From Eledone cirrhosa (lineage: Eukaryota), in contig CAXHJY010000807.1 of assembly GCA_964016885.1 (NCBI GenBank), positions 1 through 63,221 of the forward strand: a stretch of DNA of 63,221 nucleotides, read 5' to 3'. Below the pieces are notes generated by a model, which saw only the letters and a program-made list of their open reading frames with translations, was not told where the DNA came from and did not search any database. Positions within the stretch are counted from its first letter, which is position 1. Every line of letters begins with the position of its first letter. The translations under genes and the position numbers were made by a program. Positions 30,446 through 44,161 of the stretch are shown piece after piece.

Positions 30446-31844
30446 AACTATTATTTTATCTTATATCTATCTTATATTTTTACATATTTGTATACATGTT
30501 TATTACACGTATTTTAAAAAATATCTCGAATAGAAATAATTTTTTTTTTTATTAGTAAGACTTAAATACAAGTTACAATCTGTATATTTTAGTGTTGAAC
30601 GAGTAGATAGTATAAAATTACACACACATGTCCTCTAGGTCGGAGTACAGAGGAACAAAAACTCCCCTGTCATCGCCCCCGTCTCTCCCACCCTCCCATT
30701 CTCTATTGTGAGCAAATAGGGTTTCACGCGCTCGCCGCCACAAGGCCCTGTCCAAAGGATGGTGAGGAAAATGCGCTCTCGTCTTTTCTTTTTATCATCC
30801 CTCTTCGTCGACTTACTATAAGCTTTTTTTTTATATTCACCTTATATATATATGGAATTTATTATTTTTCCAGATATAAATCGATTCAGTCATACCTAGG
30901 CAGTGCAGATTCATAACGAATTTGATTGGTTTTATATCAATCGGATGACGTGACACGACCCATGGAGTTCATCTAAAATTAGGTGTGCTATTCACCATTT
31001 ATACACAGTTGCCTAATACAACAGCAACGAGCAGAAATATTAGCACGGTTGTTACGTATATAAAAGGATGTTAGAGTTAAAGCCCTATACGTTTATTATT
31101 TAAATGTGTGATACCACAATCCTATTCAATGGATTATTGTATTCCTGGATTTAAAAACAAATGGAATGTATATCAATAGTTAGCGCGTTAAAGGGTTAAA
31201 GTGTGTGTTCATTCTATCTCGCAATAAGTGTATTGCGTTGAGTCCTTAATGTTGCCTGCACACGCAATATTTGTAAACTTCAAAACCTTCGTATATAGCC
31301 TTTTCACGTTTATCTTAATTTGAAATGAAAATAATAAGAATATTTGCAATGAAATACTAAATATTGTCAACGTTGTAAGTGACATCTATTTGTTTTCACA
31401 AAAGAATAAGTTATTTATGATATTGTCGACGTTTCTGACATGACTGGCGAGTCTGAGAGCATCTAGATAAATATTTTCTGTTTGATTGACATATCATAAA
31501 TAATAGCCACTTGAAAGGAAAGTACTTTAACACTTACCTGGCTCTTTGTTCTTCAACTACCACTGTAGTATCACTTAAATCCATTAGTATAAAATGAAAC
31601 AGAAGTATGTGACGTGACTAATAACAGTAGGCCTCGGCTGGTAGACTCCTTAGAATGTCAAAGTAACTGGTTATATTGCATTTTACATATTTAGGTTCAA
31701 ATATTCCCGAAACAAAAATAAACTGTCTTTTATCCTTTTGGTAATTATTAAATAATGGGCAATTGAACACTAGCAAGTCGAAGCCAGTTTTCTGGACTTG
31801 TTTCTGTGCCAGGAGGAAATTTGTGAATAAAAAATCAAAGAGAT

Positions 31845-31925
31845 AAAGTGCGCATGTGTGACGAATTCTTAGAATAGACAAATTATTGAACAGTGTGACT
31901 TCCGGAAGTCGTCCCGGGACTCTGG
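31845..31925. promoter_or_regulatory. Candidate promoter: palindromic double ETS site gacttccggaagtc, adjacent palindrome gtcccgggac, NRF1-like tgcgcatgtg
   Basis: Motifs seen directly. Splice donors point away on both strands (minus cag|gtaagt at ~31538, plus ct|gtgagt at ~32022). Confidence 0.35.
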
Positions 31926-32780
31926 GAAGAGTGAACTGAAATCTTGCCTTATTGATGAGTATGAAACGTAGCAGTGCAGTACTACATGTTCCGACATTGA
32001 GAGGAAATGACAGCCACTCCTGTGAGTTCCCTTACCTTTCTGTTTTCATAACCACAAAAGACACTTGCATTATTTTTACAATATAACACAACGCAATTGT
32101 TTGTTGATTCATGTTTAAGAATTGTTTAAAGAAAAATGTCGTTATTCATATTATATATTTAGTAAAGATTATTTCCTTACAAGACATGAATATGAAAACA
32201 GAAACGACTCAAATGTTCATATAATAAATAGAAATTTAATTGCATTTGTGACAATAGAACGACTACAAGAAACTCGTTTATAATTTAGTTACATAAATAT
32301 ACAAGAACTTCGGATTAAGTTTAAGAATTTAGATAGAAGCAGTAATAAATGACGTGGAAAGGCGACGTGGAAGAGAAGCTCCAGAATGTTGTATTAATAT
32401 TGATGCTCTTGGAATATCATTCTCTCATATCTTAGAAACAATAATATTAATATATTTGCTGCGTGGACAGGTATTACTAACATATTACTGTTATCTGCTA
32501 ACGTATTACGAAGTTTATTTAAGCTACGAATATCTTCAATTGATCAAATTGTAACATATCCCCTAAATCTAAGCTTAAGAAATGAAAATTCATTTCTTCA
32601 CGATGAAGCAACTATCATATCTAAGTTTGCCATTGATGCAATTAAATCGCTAAAGCATAGTTTCTCAAGCTGTTTGCCCCACCCCCACACGGCCATATAA
32701 TACCAACCCTATTTCCAGAGACACCTGCCTACACGCAAATTGTAAATAAGATATAATAAAGAAAATCGTTAATTTATATA

Positions 32781-32898
32781 TAATTGTTTCTACTTTTGGC
32801 ACACGGCCAGCAATTACCGCAGTGCATTACTGGTACTTTATTTTATCGACCCCGTAAGGATGAAAGGTAAAGTTAACCTCGGCGCGATTTGAACTCGG
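32781..32898 (-). mobile_element. SINE family A (3' two-thirds)
   Basis: Reverse-complement match to the family consensus. Confidence 0.85.
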
Positions 32899-32914
32899 AA
32901 AGTAACAACGGAAA

Positions 32915-33558
32915 GAAACAATGCCCTTATTTAGAAAAGATTTGAAATTAATGCAAACAAGATTTCACAGCTCTAGTATCACTCCTTCGTATTCGGACCA
33001 AGATACTCTCATAGAATAACCAAATAAGTATTTTTACAACATAGTCCCTGGAAAGAAGCAATACTGTTATTATTAATGAGGGAAATTAATGTATGCAATA
33101 TTTCACAGCTCTAGCATCACACCTTCATAGGCTGACCAAAATACGCTCATCGAATGACCAAATGATGTTTATTTTTCAACATAGTCCCTGGAAAGAAATA
33201 GTATAGTTATTAAGAGTTGAGATTAGTGCAAACAAGATTTCACAGCTCTAGCATCACTCCTTCATAGGCTAACCAAGATACTCTCATGGAATTACCGAAT
33301 GGGTTTTTTTTTTTTTGCAAAATGTCCCCGGAAAGAAACAATGTAGTTAAGACGAGTTGAAATTAATGCAAAAAAGATTTCACAGCTCTAAAATTACCCC
33401 TTCATAGTCAGCCCACTGACCAAGATACTCTCGTTGAATTACCAAATGAGTTTTATTTTTCAACATAGTCCCTGGAAAGAAACACTTTTTTTTTTTATTA
33501 AGACTTGAAGCTAATGAATGGAGGTCTCACAGCTCTAACATCATCCCTTCATAGTCAG
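32915..33558. repeat. Diverged tandem repeat, ~137-148-bp unit, ~5 copies
   Basis: The anchor tcacagctcta recurs at ~32965, 33102, 33240, 33380 and 33528. Confidence 0.85.
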
Positions 33559-33659
33559 TGTATTAATTTTTCAGTCGCCCCTCGTACAAGTACCATTTTC
33601 TTTGTGCATTGAACATTATCTATCAAATTATGTTTTAATTGAAGTAACTATGTCAGAAA

Positions 33660-34250
33660 CGATCACGAGAATTACTTTGTCAAAGAATACTGACTCGCTT
33701 TCTTTAAATAAGATTTTGAAAGTGCTGCCAAGAATTATTCAAGCATAATTTAGTACAAAATGAGATTATTAGTTTGACTCAGGCAGACAACAAAGCATAC
33801 ATGCTAGACTTATTTAATTTATCCACTCCTCCCGGAATGCTGCTTCTAATATAAGGTTATTACGTAATATATCAATTCAGTAATGGAACTGGATTAGAAA
33901 TTAACTCACATCTAAGTACATTTTGCTTATAAATACTGCTTTGGCATGTAGGCAAGCATTAATATCTACAGTTAAACTGACACTGTGATTCAAATGAACC
34001 TTTTTTTTTACCTAGAACTCGATTCCCTGTCAGACTATCTTATTCAATAACCATTAATATAACAAATGATTGAACAGTTGATAGGATAGGGATTTACCTC
34101 GCACAACCAGTGTATCGTCATGACATTGTATGTTGCATTCTCTTGGACTAGGAAATTAATTCTTTTAAGGCGTTTAATATCGCCAACACAGAAAACAAAG
34201 TGTAACAACTAGCATAACATATTGTAAATATTGTATATAGAGGTATTTCG
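33660..34250 (+). mobile_element. Helitron PIF1-type helicase C-terminal relic
   Basis: Disrupted translation LSTPPGM..LLRN..NGT..RTRFPVRLSYSITIN...DRIGIYLAQPVYRH..LYVAFSW..NIVY matches the Helitron RepHel motifs RxQFPxRLAxAMTINKSQGQT..GxYLxxPVFSHGQLYVAxSR. Confidence 0.8.
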
Positions 34251-34984
34251 TTAATTTAAATTGTGAGAATGATATTTAATGTTCTAATGATGGAAATGAA
34301 ATAATGTAAAAATATATTCATATAATAGATGTAATTTTTCCAAGAATTAAGTGTTGAGTCAAATTACATTTATCCAATTTTCCAATTCATTTAACCATGA
34401 AGAGACAATAAATCATTTTAATAAATATATATGAATGTGATTATTTCTTTTAGTTAACGGTGGTGGAATTTATATGGATCTAGGTTGTAATTTAATGAAA
34501 TACGGTAATTGCTGGATAATACCCAGAAATAGTAAATATTCGGCTCATGGAAAATAGTATCCCACCTCCGAAATGCTAGAGCTTTTGTGTAAGATATTGT
34601 CGATCAACATTTTATCATAATGCAACCAATATTCTTATGGTTTCAATTGAAACTGATTTCAACGATAATTATAAGTGAAGAGAGTAGATATATAAGAATA
34701 TTCCAACTGGTTTATAAGCAGTAGAAGCATTGAGAATGGATGGTAATACTTCCATTTCCGTTCATTCCTCAATTGAAAAACCAAATAAATTCATGTTACA
34801 AACGATTAAATGTTAGGCTAATTGAGTTAAATTCTACACATAATGAGAGGGGTATCTAAAAATATTGTAGAGATTAAATGTTTGGATTAATTTGAATATA
34901 TATTTAGATTATGCTGTTTATATTAAAGACAAACATATTACCAAATGTTGACATTTTTTTGTAGCTTATATCATAAAATGTAAT

Positions 34985-37685
34985 CCATGCCTTGTTACTA
35001 CTATAGTTTATATCATTAGCTTTAATTCACTCTGTTACTATAGCTTGTATCATTAGTTGTTATCCACGCTGTGTTACTGTAGCTTACATTATTATCTCTA
35101 ATCTAAGGGCGGTGGATTGAGGGTAGAGGGTCGGACGCCATGCTTTGAAGCAAGGAGTTACGGCACTTTATGTTCTGAGTTCAAATCCCGCCGAGGTTAA
35201 CTTTGCCTTTCATCCTTACGGGGTCGATAAAATAAAGTACCAGTAATACACTGGCATAATTTCTGGCCTTGTGCCAAAAGTAGAAACAATTATCTCTAAT
35301 CCACGTATTACTATCTCTCAGATCATTATCTGTAATCCACGCCGTGGTACTACTCTAGCTGATATCATTATCTATAATCTATGCCGTGGTACTACTATAG
35401 CTGATATCATTATCTATAATCTATGCCGTGGTACTACTATAGCTGATATCATTAACTGTAATCCACGCCGTGGCATTACTATAGCTAATATCATTAGCTC
35501 TAATTCAGTCGGTCTCTATAGCTTATCTTTAGCTCTAATTCACTCTGTCCCTATAGCTTATATCAATAGCTGTGGTTCAGTCTGCCCCTATAGCTTATAT
35601 CAATAGCTGTGGTTCAGTCTGCCCCTATAGCTTATATCAATAGCTGTGGTTCAGTCTGCCCCTATAGATTATATCAATAGCTGTGGTTCAGTCTGCCCCT
35701 ATAGCTTATATCAATAGCTGTGGTTCAGTCTGTCCCTATAGATTATGTCAATAGTTGTGGTTCAGTCTGCCCCTATAGATTATATCAATAGCTGTGGTTC
35801 AGTCTGTCCCTATAGATTGTCAATAGCTGTGGTTCAGTCTGCCCCTATAGATTATGTCAATAGCTGTGGTTCAGTCTGTCCCTATAGCTTATATCAATAG
35901 CTGTGGTTCAGTCTGCCCCTATAGCTTATATCAATAGTTGTGGTTCAGTCTGCCCCTATAGATTAAGTCAATAGTTGTGGTTCAGTCTGCCCCTATAGAT
36001 TATATCAATAGCTGTGGTTCAGTCTGTCCCTATAGATTATATCAATAGCTGTGGTTCAGTCTGTCCCTATAGATTATATCAATAGCTGTGGTTCAGTTTG
36101 TCCCTATAGATTATATCAATAGCTGTGGTTCAGTCTGCCCCTATAGATTATATCAATAGCTGTGGTTCAGTCTGCCCCTATAGGTTATATCAATAGCTGT
36201 GGTTCAGTCTGCCCCTATAGATTATATCAATAGCTGTGGTTCAGTCTGCCCCTATAGGTTATATCAATAGCTGTGGTTCAGTCTGCCCCTATACATTATA
36301 TCAATAGCTGTGGTTCAGTCTGCCCCTATAGGTTATATCAATAGCTGTGGTTCAGTCTGCCCCTATAGATTATATCAATAGCTGTGGTTCAGTCTGCCCC
36401 TATAGGTTATATCAATAGCTGTGGTTCAGTCTGCCCCTATAGATTATATCAATAGCTGTGGTTCAGTCTGCCCCTATAGCTTATATCAATAGCTGTGGTT
36501 CAGTCTGTCCCTATAGCTTATATCAATAGCTGTGGTTCAGTCTGCCCCTATAGCTTATATCAATAGCTGTGGTTCAGTCTGTCCCTATAGATTGTCAATA
36601 GCTGTGGTTCAGTCTGCCCCTATAGATTATATCAATAGTTGTGGTTCAGTCTGCCCCTATAGATTATATCAATAGCTGTGGTTCAGTCTGCCCCTATAGG
36701 TTATATCAATAGCTATGGTTCAGTCTGCCCCTATAGATTATATCAATAGCTGTGGTTCAGTCTGTCCCTATAGATTATATCAATAGCTGTGGTTCAGTTT
36801 GTCCCTATAGATTATATCAATAGCTGTGGTTCAGTCTGCCCCTATAGCTGATCTTTAGCTGTAATTCAGTCTGTCCCTATAGTTTATATCATTAGCTATA
36901 ATTCACGTCCTGTATCTATAGCTGATATCATGAGCTGTATTTCACGCTGTGTATCTATAGCTGATATCATTGTCACCCACACCGTGGTACTATAGCTCAC
37001 ATCGTTAGCTGTCACCCACACCGTGGTACTATAGCTCACATCGTTAGCTGTCACCCACATCGTGGTACTCTAGCTCACATCACTATCTGTCACCCACACC
37101 GTGGTACTATAGCTCACATCGTTAACTGTAACCCACACCGTGGTACTATAGCTCACATCACTATCTGTCACCCACACCGTGGTACTATAGCTCACATCGT
37201 TAGTTGTCACCCACACCGTGGTACTCTAGCTCACATCATTATCTGTCACCCACACCGTGGTACTATAGCTCACATCGTTAACTGTAACCCACACCGTGGT
37301 ACTATAGCTCACATCACTATCTGTCACCCACACCGTGGTACTATAGCTCACATCGTTAGCTGTCACCCACACCGTGGTACTCTAGCTCACATCATTATCT
37401 GTCACCCACACCGTGGTACTATAGCTCATATCATTATCTGTCACCCACACCGTGGTACTATAGCTCACATCACTATCTGTCACCCACACCGTGGTACTAT
37501 AGCTCACATCGTTAACTGTAATCCACACCGTGGTACTATAGCTCACATCACTATCTGTCACCCACACCGTGGTACTATAGCTCACATCGTTAGCTGTCAC
37601 CCACATCGTGGTACTGTAGCTCACATCATTATCTGTCACCCACACCGTGGTACTATAGCTCATATGGTTATCTGCAACCCAGGCC
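34985..37685. repeat. Compound minisatellite: degenerate 37-39-bp units, a homogeneous 37-bp array (~35560-36850) and a 39-bp array (~36960-37680)
   Basis: Units atcaatagctgtggttcagtctgcccctatagattat and tagctcacatcgttagctgtcacccacaccgtggtacta share the ctatagct...tagctgt scaffold. Confidence 0.95.
35107..35290 (+). mobile_element. SINE family A inserted in the minisatellite with a 13-bp TSD
   Basis: TSD attatctctaatc at 35091-35103 and 35289-35301. Confidence 0.9.
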
Positions 37686-37816
37686 GTGGAACGGGAAGAT
37701 GGTCATGCAACCCCCCCCCCCCCCCCCCAACAAAAAACCCCTTAACGCACCCATAACAATGGAAGAATATTTTGTGTTGGCTACTACTTGACAATTGTTT
37801 CAAAATATATTTTCTC

Positions 37817-38388
37817 TTGGCAGTATCGGTAGAGGGTCTGACGCCTTGCTTTGCAGCATAGAGTTACGGCCCTTTCCATTCTGAGTTCAAATCCCGCCGA
37901 AGTTGACTTTGCCTTTCATCCTTACGTGCTCGATAAAATAAAGTACCAGTAATACACTGGGATAATTGCTGGCATTGTGCCAAAAGGAAAAACTATTATT
38001 AAAAGGCGATGGATTGGCAGTATCGGTAGAGGGTCGGATGCCATGCTTTCCAGCATAGTTACGTCCCTTTTCGATCTGAGTTCAAATCCCGCCGAGGTTG
38101 ACTTTGCCTTTCATCCTTACGGGGTCGATAAAATAAAGTACCAGTAATACACTGGGATAATTGCTGGCCATGTGGCAAAAGTAGAAGCAATTATTAAAAG
38201 GCGGTGGATTGGCAGTATCGGTAGAGGGTCGGATGCCATGCTTTCCAGCATAGTTACGTCCCTTTTCGATCTGAGTTCAAATTCCGCCGAGGTTGACTTT
38301 GCCTTTCATCCTCACGGGGTCGATAAAATAAAGTACCAGTAAGACACTGAGTAATTTCTGGCCTTGTGCCAAAAGTAGAAACAATTAT
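37817..38388 (+). mobile_element. Head-to-tail trimer of SINE family A
   Basis: Three ~185-195-bp copies joined by ttattaaaaggcg. Confidence 0.92.
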
Positions 38389-38798
38389 ATTTTCTAGAAA
38401 TTGAATGACATGTATCGCCATTTATTGAGATAGGGTTAAATTTAAATATATTCAGTGATTTATTTATACTCATATTCAATATAAGTGAAATATATTCTAA
38501 TGGGAATAAAGCATATGTGAAGCAATTTAGTGACGAATTAATGTTAAGAGCGATGTGTAGATTGTTATCATAAAGATAATATATAATTTTACACATATTA
38601 TATTGATCTAAAACGCAAATCACCGAAAAGGTAAAACTGTTAGCTGAATGCCAAGCCTTTCAACAGTGTCACGATGAATCTGTTTGAAGTTGTAAAGAAA
38701 ATATGTGACCAAAGAATAATCAGACATTTACGTTAAAATACAATGAAAACGTGGAAGTATTGATGAAAAAGTATTTGACTTTTTTCTTTTTCATTTAG

Positions 38799-40892
38799 AA
38801 ATCTTTTACTTCTAAGGAATCAAACGATTTATTTCAGCTTTCATTCGATTTATTATATTTTATTTAATATTCTATAACGACCGATAGCAGCGTTTACTAC
38901 GGTAAGTCATTTTTATGCACAACATATGTATTTCTCTATTTTAATCTAATACATATATTTATGTACAATTTTTTCGTTGGTGTGAAAAACACATGTTCCA
39001 ATTCAAATGCGCATAAAACTTAGCATATATCTAAACATTTCCGATTATAACAATTTTACTCTACTGGCAATGATTTGCATACTATATCTCTTCAATATTT
39101 CTCAGAAGGTCTTTTGCTAAGTATGTAAAGTAAAACAATCAATACAAAGAACTATACTGTATCTTTTCAGTTACATAGTGGACGTTATTTCTTTTAAAAG
39201 TATTTGTTGTTGCTGTATTTTTTAACTTTAGCTTAAGCATAGAGAAAATTTGATAAAATATGTAAATTATCTCGGATATTTCTTCTGCATCATTTTATTT
39301 CCATGAAGGGATGTTGAAACGACATATTTCCTGATAGAGATAAACGGTCAAATCATATGAATATATATATATTTATATATTATATATATTTATATATTAT
39401 ATATATATATATTATATATTTATATATTAATATATATATATATATATTTATATATTAATATATTTTTTCTTATATATATATAAGCAATAAATAAAATAGT
39501 ATTGCAAAATATTTCCTTTTAACATTTGTATGATTCATGATTTGTTACAATATGAATATATCCATATAAATGGTCGTATATGAGTAGGTTATATACGCTG
39601 AAATTTTACTAAGTGATCACTATTTCCCAAATATAAAAATTCTGCATAAAATAGGATATTCACATTTCAACACGCATTATATAAATGCATATGTTTAACT
39701 GTTATGCTTATATATATATATGCTCGTGTGTATAAGGGTATAAATATATATATGCTCGTGTGTATAAGGGTATAAATATATATATATATATGATCGTGTG
39801 TATAAGGGTATAAATATATATATATATATATATATGATCGTGTGTATAAGGGTATAAATATATATATGCTCGTGTGTATAAGGGTATAAATATATATATA
39901 TATATATGATCGTGTGTATAAGGGTATAAATATATATATATATAATCGTGTGTATAAGGGTATAAATATATATATATATATATATATATGATCGTGTGTA
40001 TAAGGGTATAAATATATATATATATATGATCGTGTGTATAAGGGTATAAATATATATATGCTCGTGTGTATAAGGGTATAAATATATATATATATATATA
40101 TATGATCGTGTGTATAAGGGTATAAATATATATATATATATATATGATCGTGTGTATAAGGGTATAAATATATATATATATGATCGTGTGTATAAGGTTA
40201 TAAATATATATATATATATGATCGTGTGTATAAGGGTATAAATATATATATATATATGATCGTGTGTAGAAGGGTATAAATATATATATATATATGATCG
40301 TGTGTAGAAGGGTATAAATATATATATATATATGATCCTGTGTATAAGGGTATAAATATATATATATGCTCGTGTGTATAAGGGTATAAATATATATAAA
40401 TGCTCGTGTGTATAAGGGTATAAATATATATATGCTCGTGTGTATAATTGTACAAATATATATATATGCTCGTGTGTATAAGGGTATAAATATATATATA
40501 TGCACGTGTGTATAAGGGTATAAATATATATATATATGCACGTGTGTATAAGGGTATACATATATATATGTATACATGCGTATAAGCATATATATATATA
40601 TATATATGTATACATGCGTATAAGGATATATATAGATATATATATGTATACATGCGTATAAGGATATATATAGATATATATATGTATACATGCGTATAAG
40701 GATATATATAGATATATATAAGTATACATGCGTATAAGGATATATATAGATATATATATGTATACATGCGTATAAGGATATATATAGATATATATAAGTA
40801 TACATGCGTATAAGGATATATATAGATATATATATGTATACATGCGTATAAGTATATATATATAGATATATATATGTATACATGCGTATAAG

Positions 40893-40923
<31 letters not shown>

Positions 40924-40936
40924 ACATGCGTATAAG

Positions 40937-40969
<33 letters not shown>

Positions 40970-40981
40970 ACATGCGTATAA

Positions 40982-41017
<36 letters not shown>

Positions 41018-41028
41018 ACATGCGTATA

Positions 41029-41060
<32 letters not shown>

Positions 41061-41573
41061 CATGCGTATAAGTATATATATATATATATATATATGTATA
41101 CATGCGTATAAGCATATATATATATATATATGTATACATGCGTATAAGCATATATATATATATATATATATATGTATACATGCGTATAAGCATATATATA
41201 TATATATATGTATACATGCGTATAAGCATATATATATATGTATACATGCGTATAAGCATATATATATATGTATACATGCGTATAAGCATATATATATATG
41301 TATACATGCGTATAAGGATATATATATATATATATATATACATGCGTATAAGGATATATATAGATATATATATGTATACATGCGTATAAGGATATATATA
41401 TATATATATATACATGCGTATAAGGATATATATAGATATATATATGTATACATGCGTATAAGGATATATATAGATATATATATGTATACATGCGTATAAG
41501 GATATATATAGATATATATATGTATACATGCGTATAAGGATATATATATATATATATGTATACATGCGTATAA

Positions 41574-41606
<33 letters not shown>

Positions 41607-41940
41607 GTATTGCATACCAGTGTATAAAGGCATAAGAATATATACATATGTGTGTGGGGGTGGATATGTTTTTGCATATATATTTATATACATAAAAGTC
41701 ATTTTTAAATATAAAAAAGCCCATAATGAAACTTAATGATGTTGTTTCTCATTAGTTAATGGCAGATTATATAGATTGCCGAATAAAACCTATTTTGGCA
41801 ACTCCTAGTAAGACATTATGAACTGTGGTGAAAGGTTCGGCATATCACATTCCGAAACCGACAATTTAAATACGCGACGTACATTTATTTCGATATATTT
41901 TCTCCAGAATATAAGATGTAACAATTCTAGAATTCAGTAA
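38799..41940 (+). pseudogene. Possible second decayed paralogue: exon 38799-38901 and exon 41756-~41940
   Basis: Strong acceptor and donor (tttcatttag|...tacG|gtaagt). A phase-1 join gives VYY-VNGRLYRLPNKTYFGNS**, which parallels VNG...YGNCW at 34454. Confidence 0.25.
39705..41605. repeat. Two adjacent (TA)n-containing minisatellites (gatcgtgtgtataagggtataa and gtatacatgcgtataagg cores)
   Basis: Read directly from the sequence. The unit switches at ~40560; spacer length varies. Confidence 0.95.
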
Positions 41941-42968
41941 TATGTAACTTGCTAAAGATTCTGGAGTTTTACCCCTCAATGTTTATAAAATAAATACTTA
42001 AAACATCTTTTTTTTTTGTATTTATTTCCGTACTTTGTGTTGTTATTCATGTTGCTTATTTTATCTGAAAAGTTTCTACTTCTATGTCCAACATAAATTG
42101 TACAGCTGTCTCTAACATATATGTTTTGACAGCTTATCATTTTTAGGGTGATTTTGTTTACAAACGAAATTGATATATCGATGAAAAATTATATTTACTA
42201 GCGCAACTAATAACGATTTTTATACGATCTGCATTAATTTTCTAGCCATTATGCATTGAGCTGTCTTAGAATATATTGAGAGTAGATCATTTTCAATGAA
42301 CATCTTTGATAGGAGTGTGTAGCTATGACTTTACTACTGAGAGAGAGAGAGAGAGAGAGAGAGTTGGTAGCTTTTGCATATTGCAAACTGAATAAAACTA
42401 CATACAGTGGTATGAATTTATGTATTAAAACTTGGCTACAACTAGGAAAGCTGTGTCAAAGGGGTTATTTAATTCCTGTTGTTCAAATACAAGATCTACT
42501 TTTCCCATTCCTATTTTGACTCTGTTTTATGCAGATTTATTTTTCATGGCTTGATTCAGGATTTTTGCTAGCATAATTTCTGCAACTTCTGCTTTTAGTT
42601 AGCAAATTCTGATTTACAAATCGGTTAAATAATCAACATGACAAACATCGTTAAGATTCTATATATATTTGGCAACTTCTTGCTCGACGATATCCATATT
42701 TTAGTTAATTAATTTCATTCTGCTGTCTTCGTTATGAGGACTTTTTCTAAATCTGTTAATCTCGGTATTCTTCATTGCACATAATTTTCTATAGAATATA
42801 AAACCTTTGTCTTCGCATATTTCATATCTAATAAAGAAATCTTGCTTCACCTTTAAGATTTTAATAAAGATTTCATATTGCCATTTAACATAACAATTTG
42901 TCTTCTTTTTCTACTTCTACTTCTTCAAAATCAATCTATCTCTCTACATACCTATTTATTTCTTTATC

Positions 42969-43463
42969 TGTGCGTAATATCCATGGCGAAAGAGGCTGTA
43001 TGGTGGACGCGTCTGAAAGGACTGAGGTCAGACACCTTTCTCTCTGGCCAACAACTGGTCCGTTTCTTCCGATATCATTTCGGAAGAAGGATCAGGATGG
43101 AGAGAGAGGTGCTGCACCCCAGCCGTTTTTATGAAACATGGGTGAAAGTGGCGAGAATGGCTCGTGTGAATGGGCCTTCACTCTACATCAGACTATAGGT
43201 GAGGAAGATGAAAGACGAAGCGAGCACTCCCTCTCTGTGATCCTGAGGAGAAGGGTTGCACACTTTTTTTTCGGGGGTGTGTGCGACCCCCCAAGGCGCC
43301 TCCTCTCTATTGAGGATTTTGTTATAAATTTTATTTTGTTATATTTTATTTTATTTTTATATATTGTTATTGCCTCCTCCTTATTGAGGACGCCTTGTTA
43401 TGTAAACTTCCCCCATTGTACTTGTCCCACTTTTTGATGCCCTGGTGGCAAATAAAAAGAAAA
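42969..43463 (+). mobile_element. Tx1/L1-clade LINE 3' end
   Basis: SMAKEAVWWTRLKGL...RFYETWVKV (AKxxIWxxR-type C-terminus), T-rich 3' UTR, gtggcaaataaaaagaaaa end. Confidence 0.65.
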
Positions 43464-43703
43464 TTATCTATTTCTTTACCAGTAATCATACTCTGACAAC
43501 GACTCTCTATCTCAAATGTATTGTGTTCGACCACTGAAAACACTCTTACCTACAACATCTTAAACGCAAAGGATAGTTTTATAAACAATGATCACTGCTT
43601 GTTCAAATATAGTCGGCCAAATGTCTACCGTTATGTCAGTTCTCTTTGGTAGGTACCAATTATAAATCTCTATCTATGTATCTATCTATTCATAGATAGA
43701 TAT

Positions 43704-44010
43704 CTTTCTTTATTTGCCACAGGGGTGTACAAGAAATGGGATATTACAAGACGCTGGGGTTTACATAAAAATCACAACTTTAACATTAATAAATAACAAA
43801 CTATATATGAAATAAAATAAAAATTGAAATCCCAATAGGGGGGGGGGGACGTTACTGCGGGGTTGTTTTACACCCAGTAGATAGAACAACCCTCAACACC
43901 AAGAGCACAATTTGTAGGTGTTCCCGTCTTCCCTCTTTTTGTTTTCCTTAACCTACAGGCTTATAGACAGAAGACCCATTCACCCAACTTTCAGCGAATT
44001 TACCGATAGA
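43704..44010 (-). mobile_element. Second Tx1/L1-like 3' end, opposite orientation
   Basis: Minus strand KFAESWVNGSSVYKPVG* resembles FYETWV...NGPSLYIRL*; same gtggcaaataaag terminus. Confidence 0.5.
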
Positions 44011-44077
44011 TATAAAAGGGTTTATTCCAAAGATATATATATATAGAGAGAGATAGGGCCCGTTCCAAAGATATATG

Positions 44078-44117
<40 letters not shown>

Positions 44118-44161
44118 GAAATCTTTCTGAGAAAAAGAAGAAAAAAAAAAATATATATGTA

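Larger units (their letters stand above)
32333..34815 (+). pseudogene. Possible decayed gene: leader-like exon 32333-32470 and exon 34454-~34815
   Basis: AG/GT boundaries. The second exon reads (V)NGGGIYMDLGCNLMKYGNCWIIP...LELLCKI with several stops and resembles the start of the 41756 exon. Confidence 0.25.

Noticed and set aside
31180-31199. piggyBac end (aaagggTTAA)
   Set aside because: No matching opposite terminus found.
35560-37680. CRISPR-like array (37-39-bp period)
   Set aside because: Units abut without unique spacers, there are no cas genes, and the context is eukaryotic.
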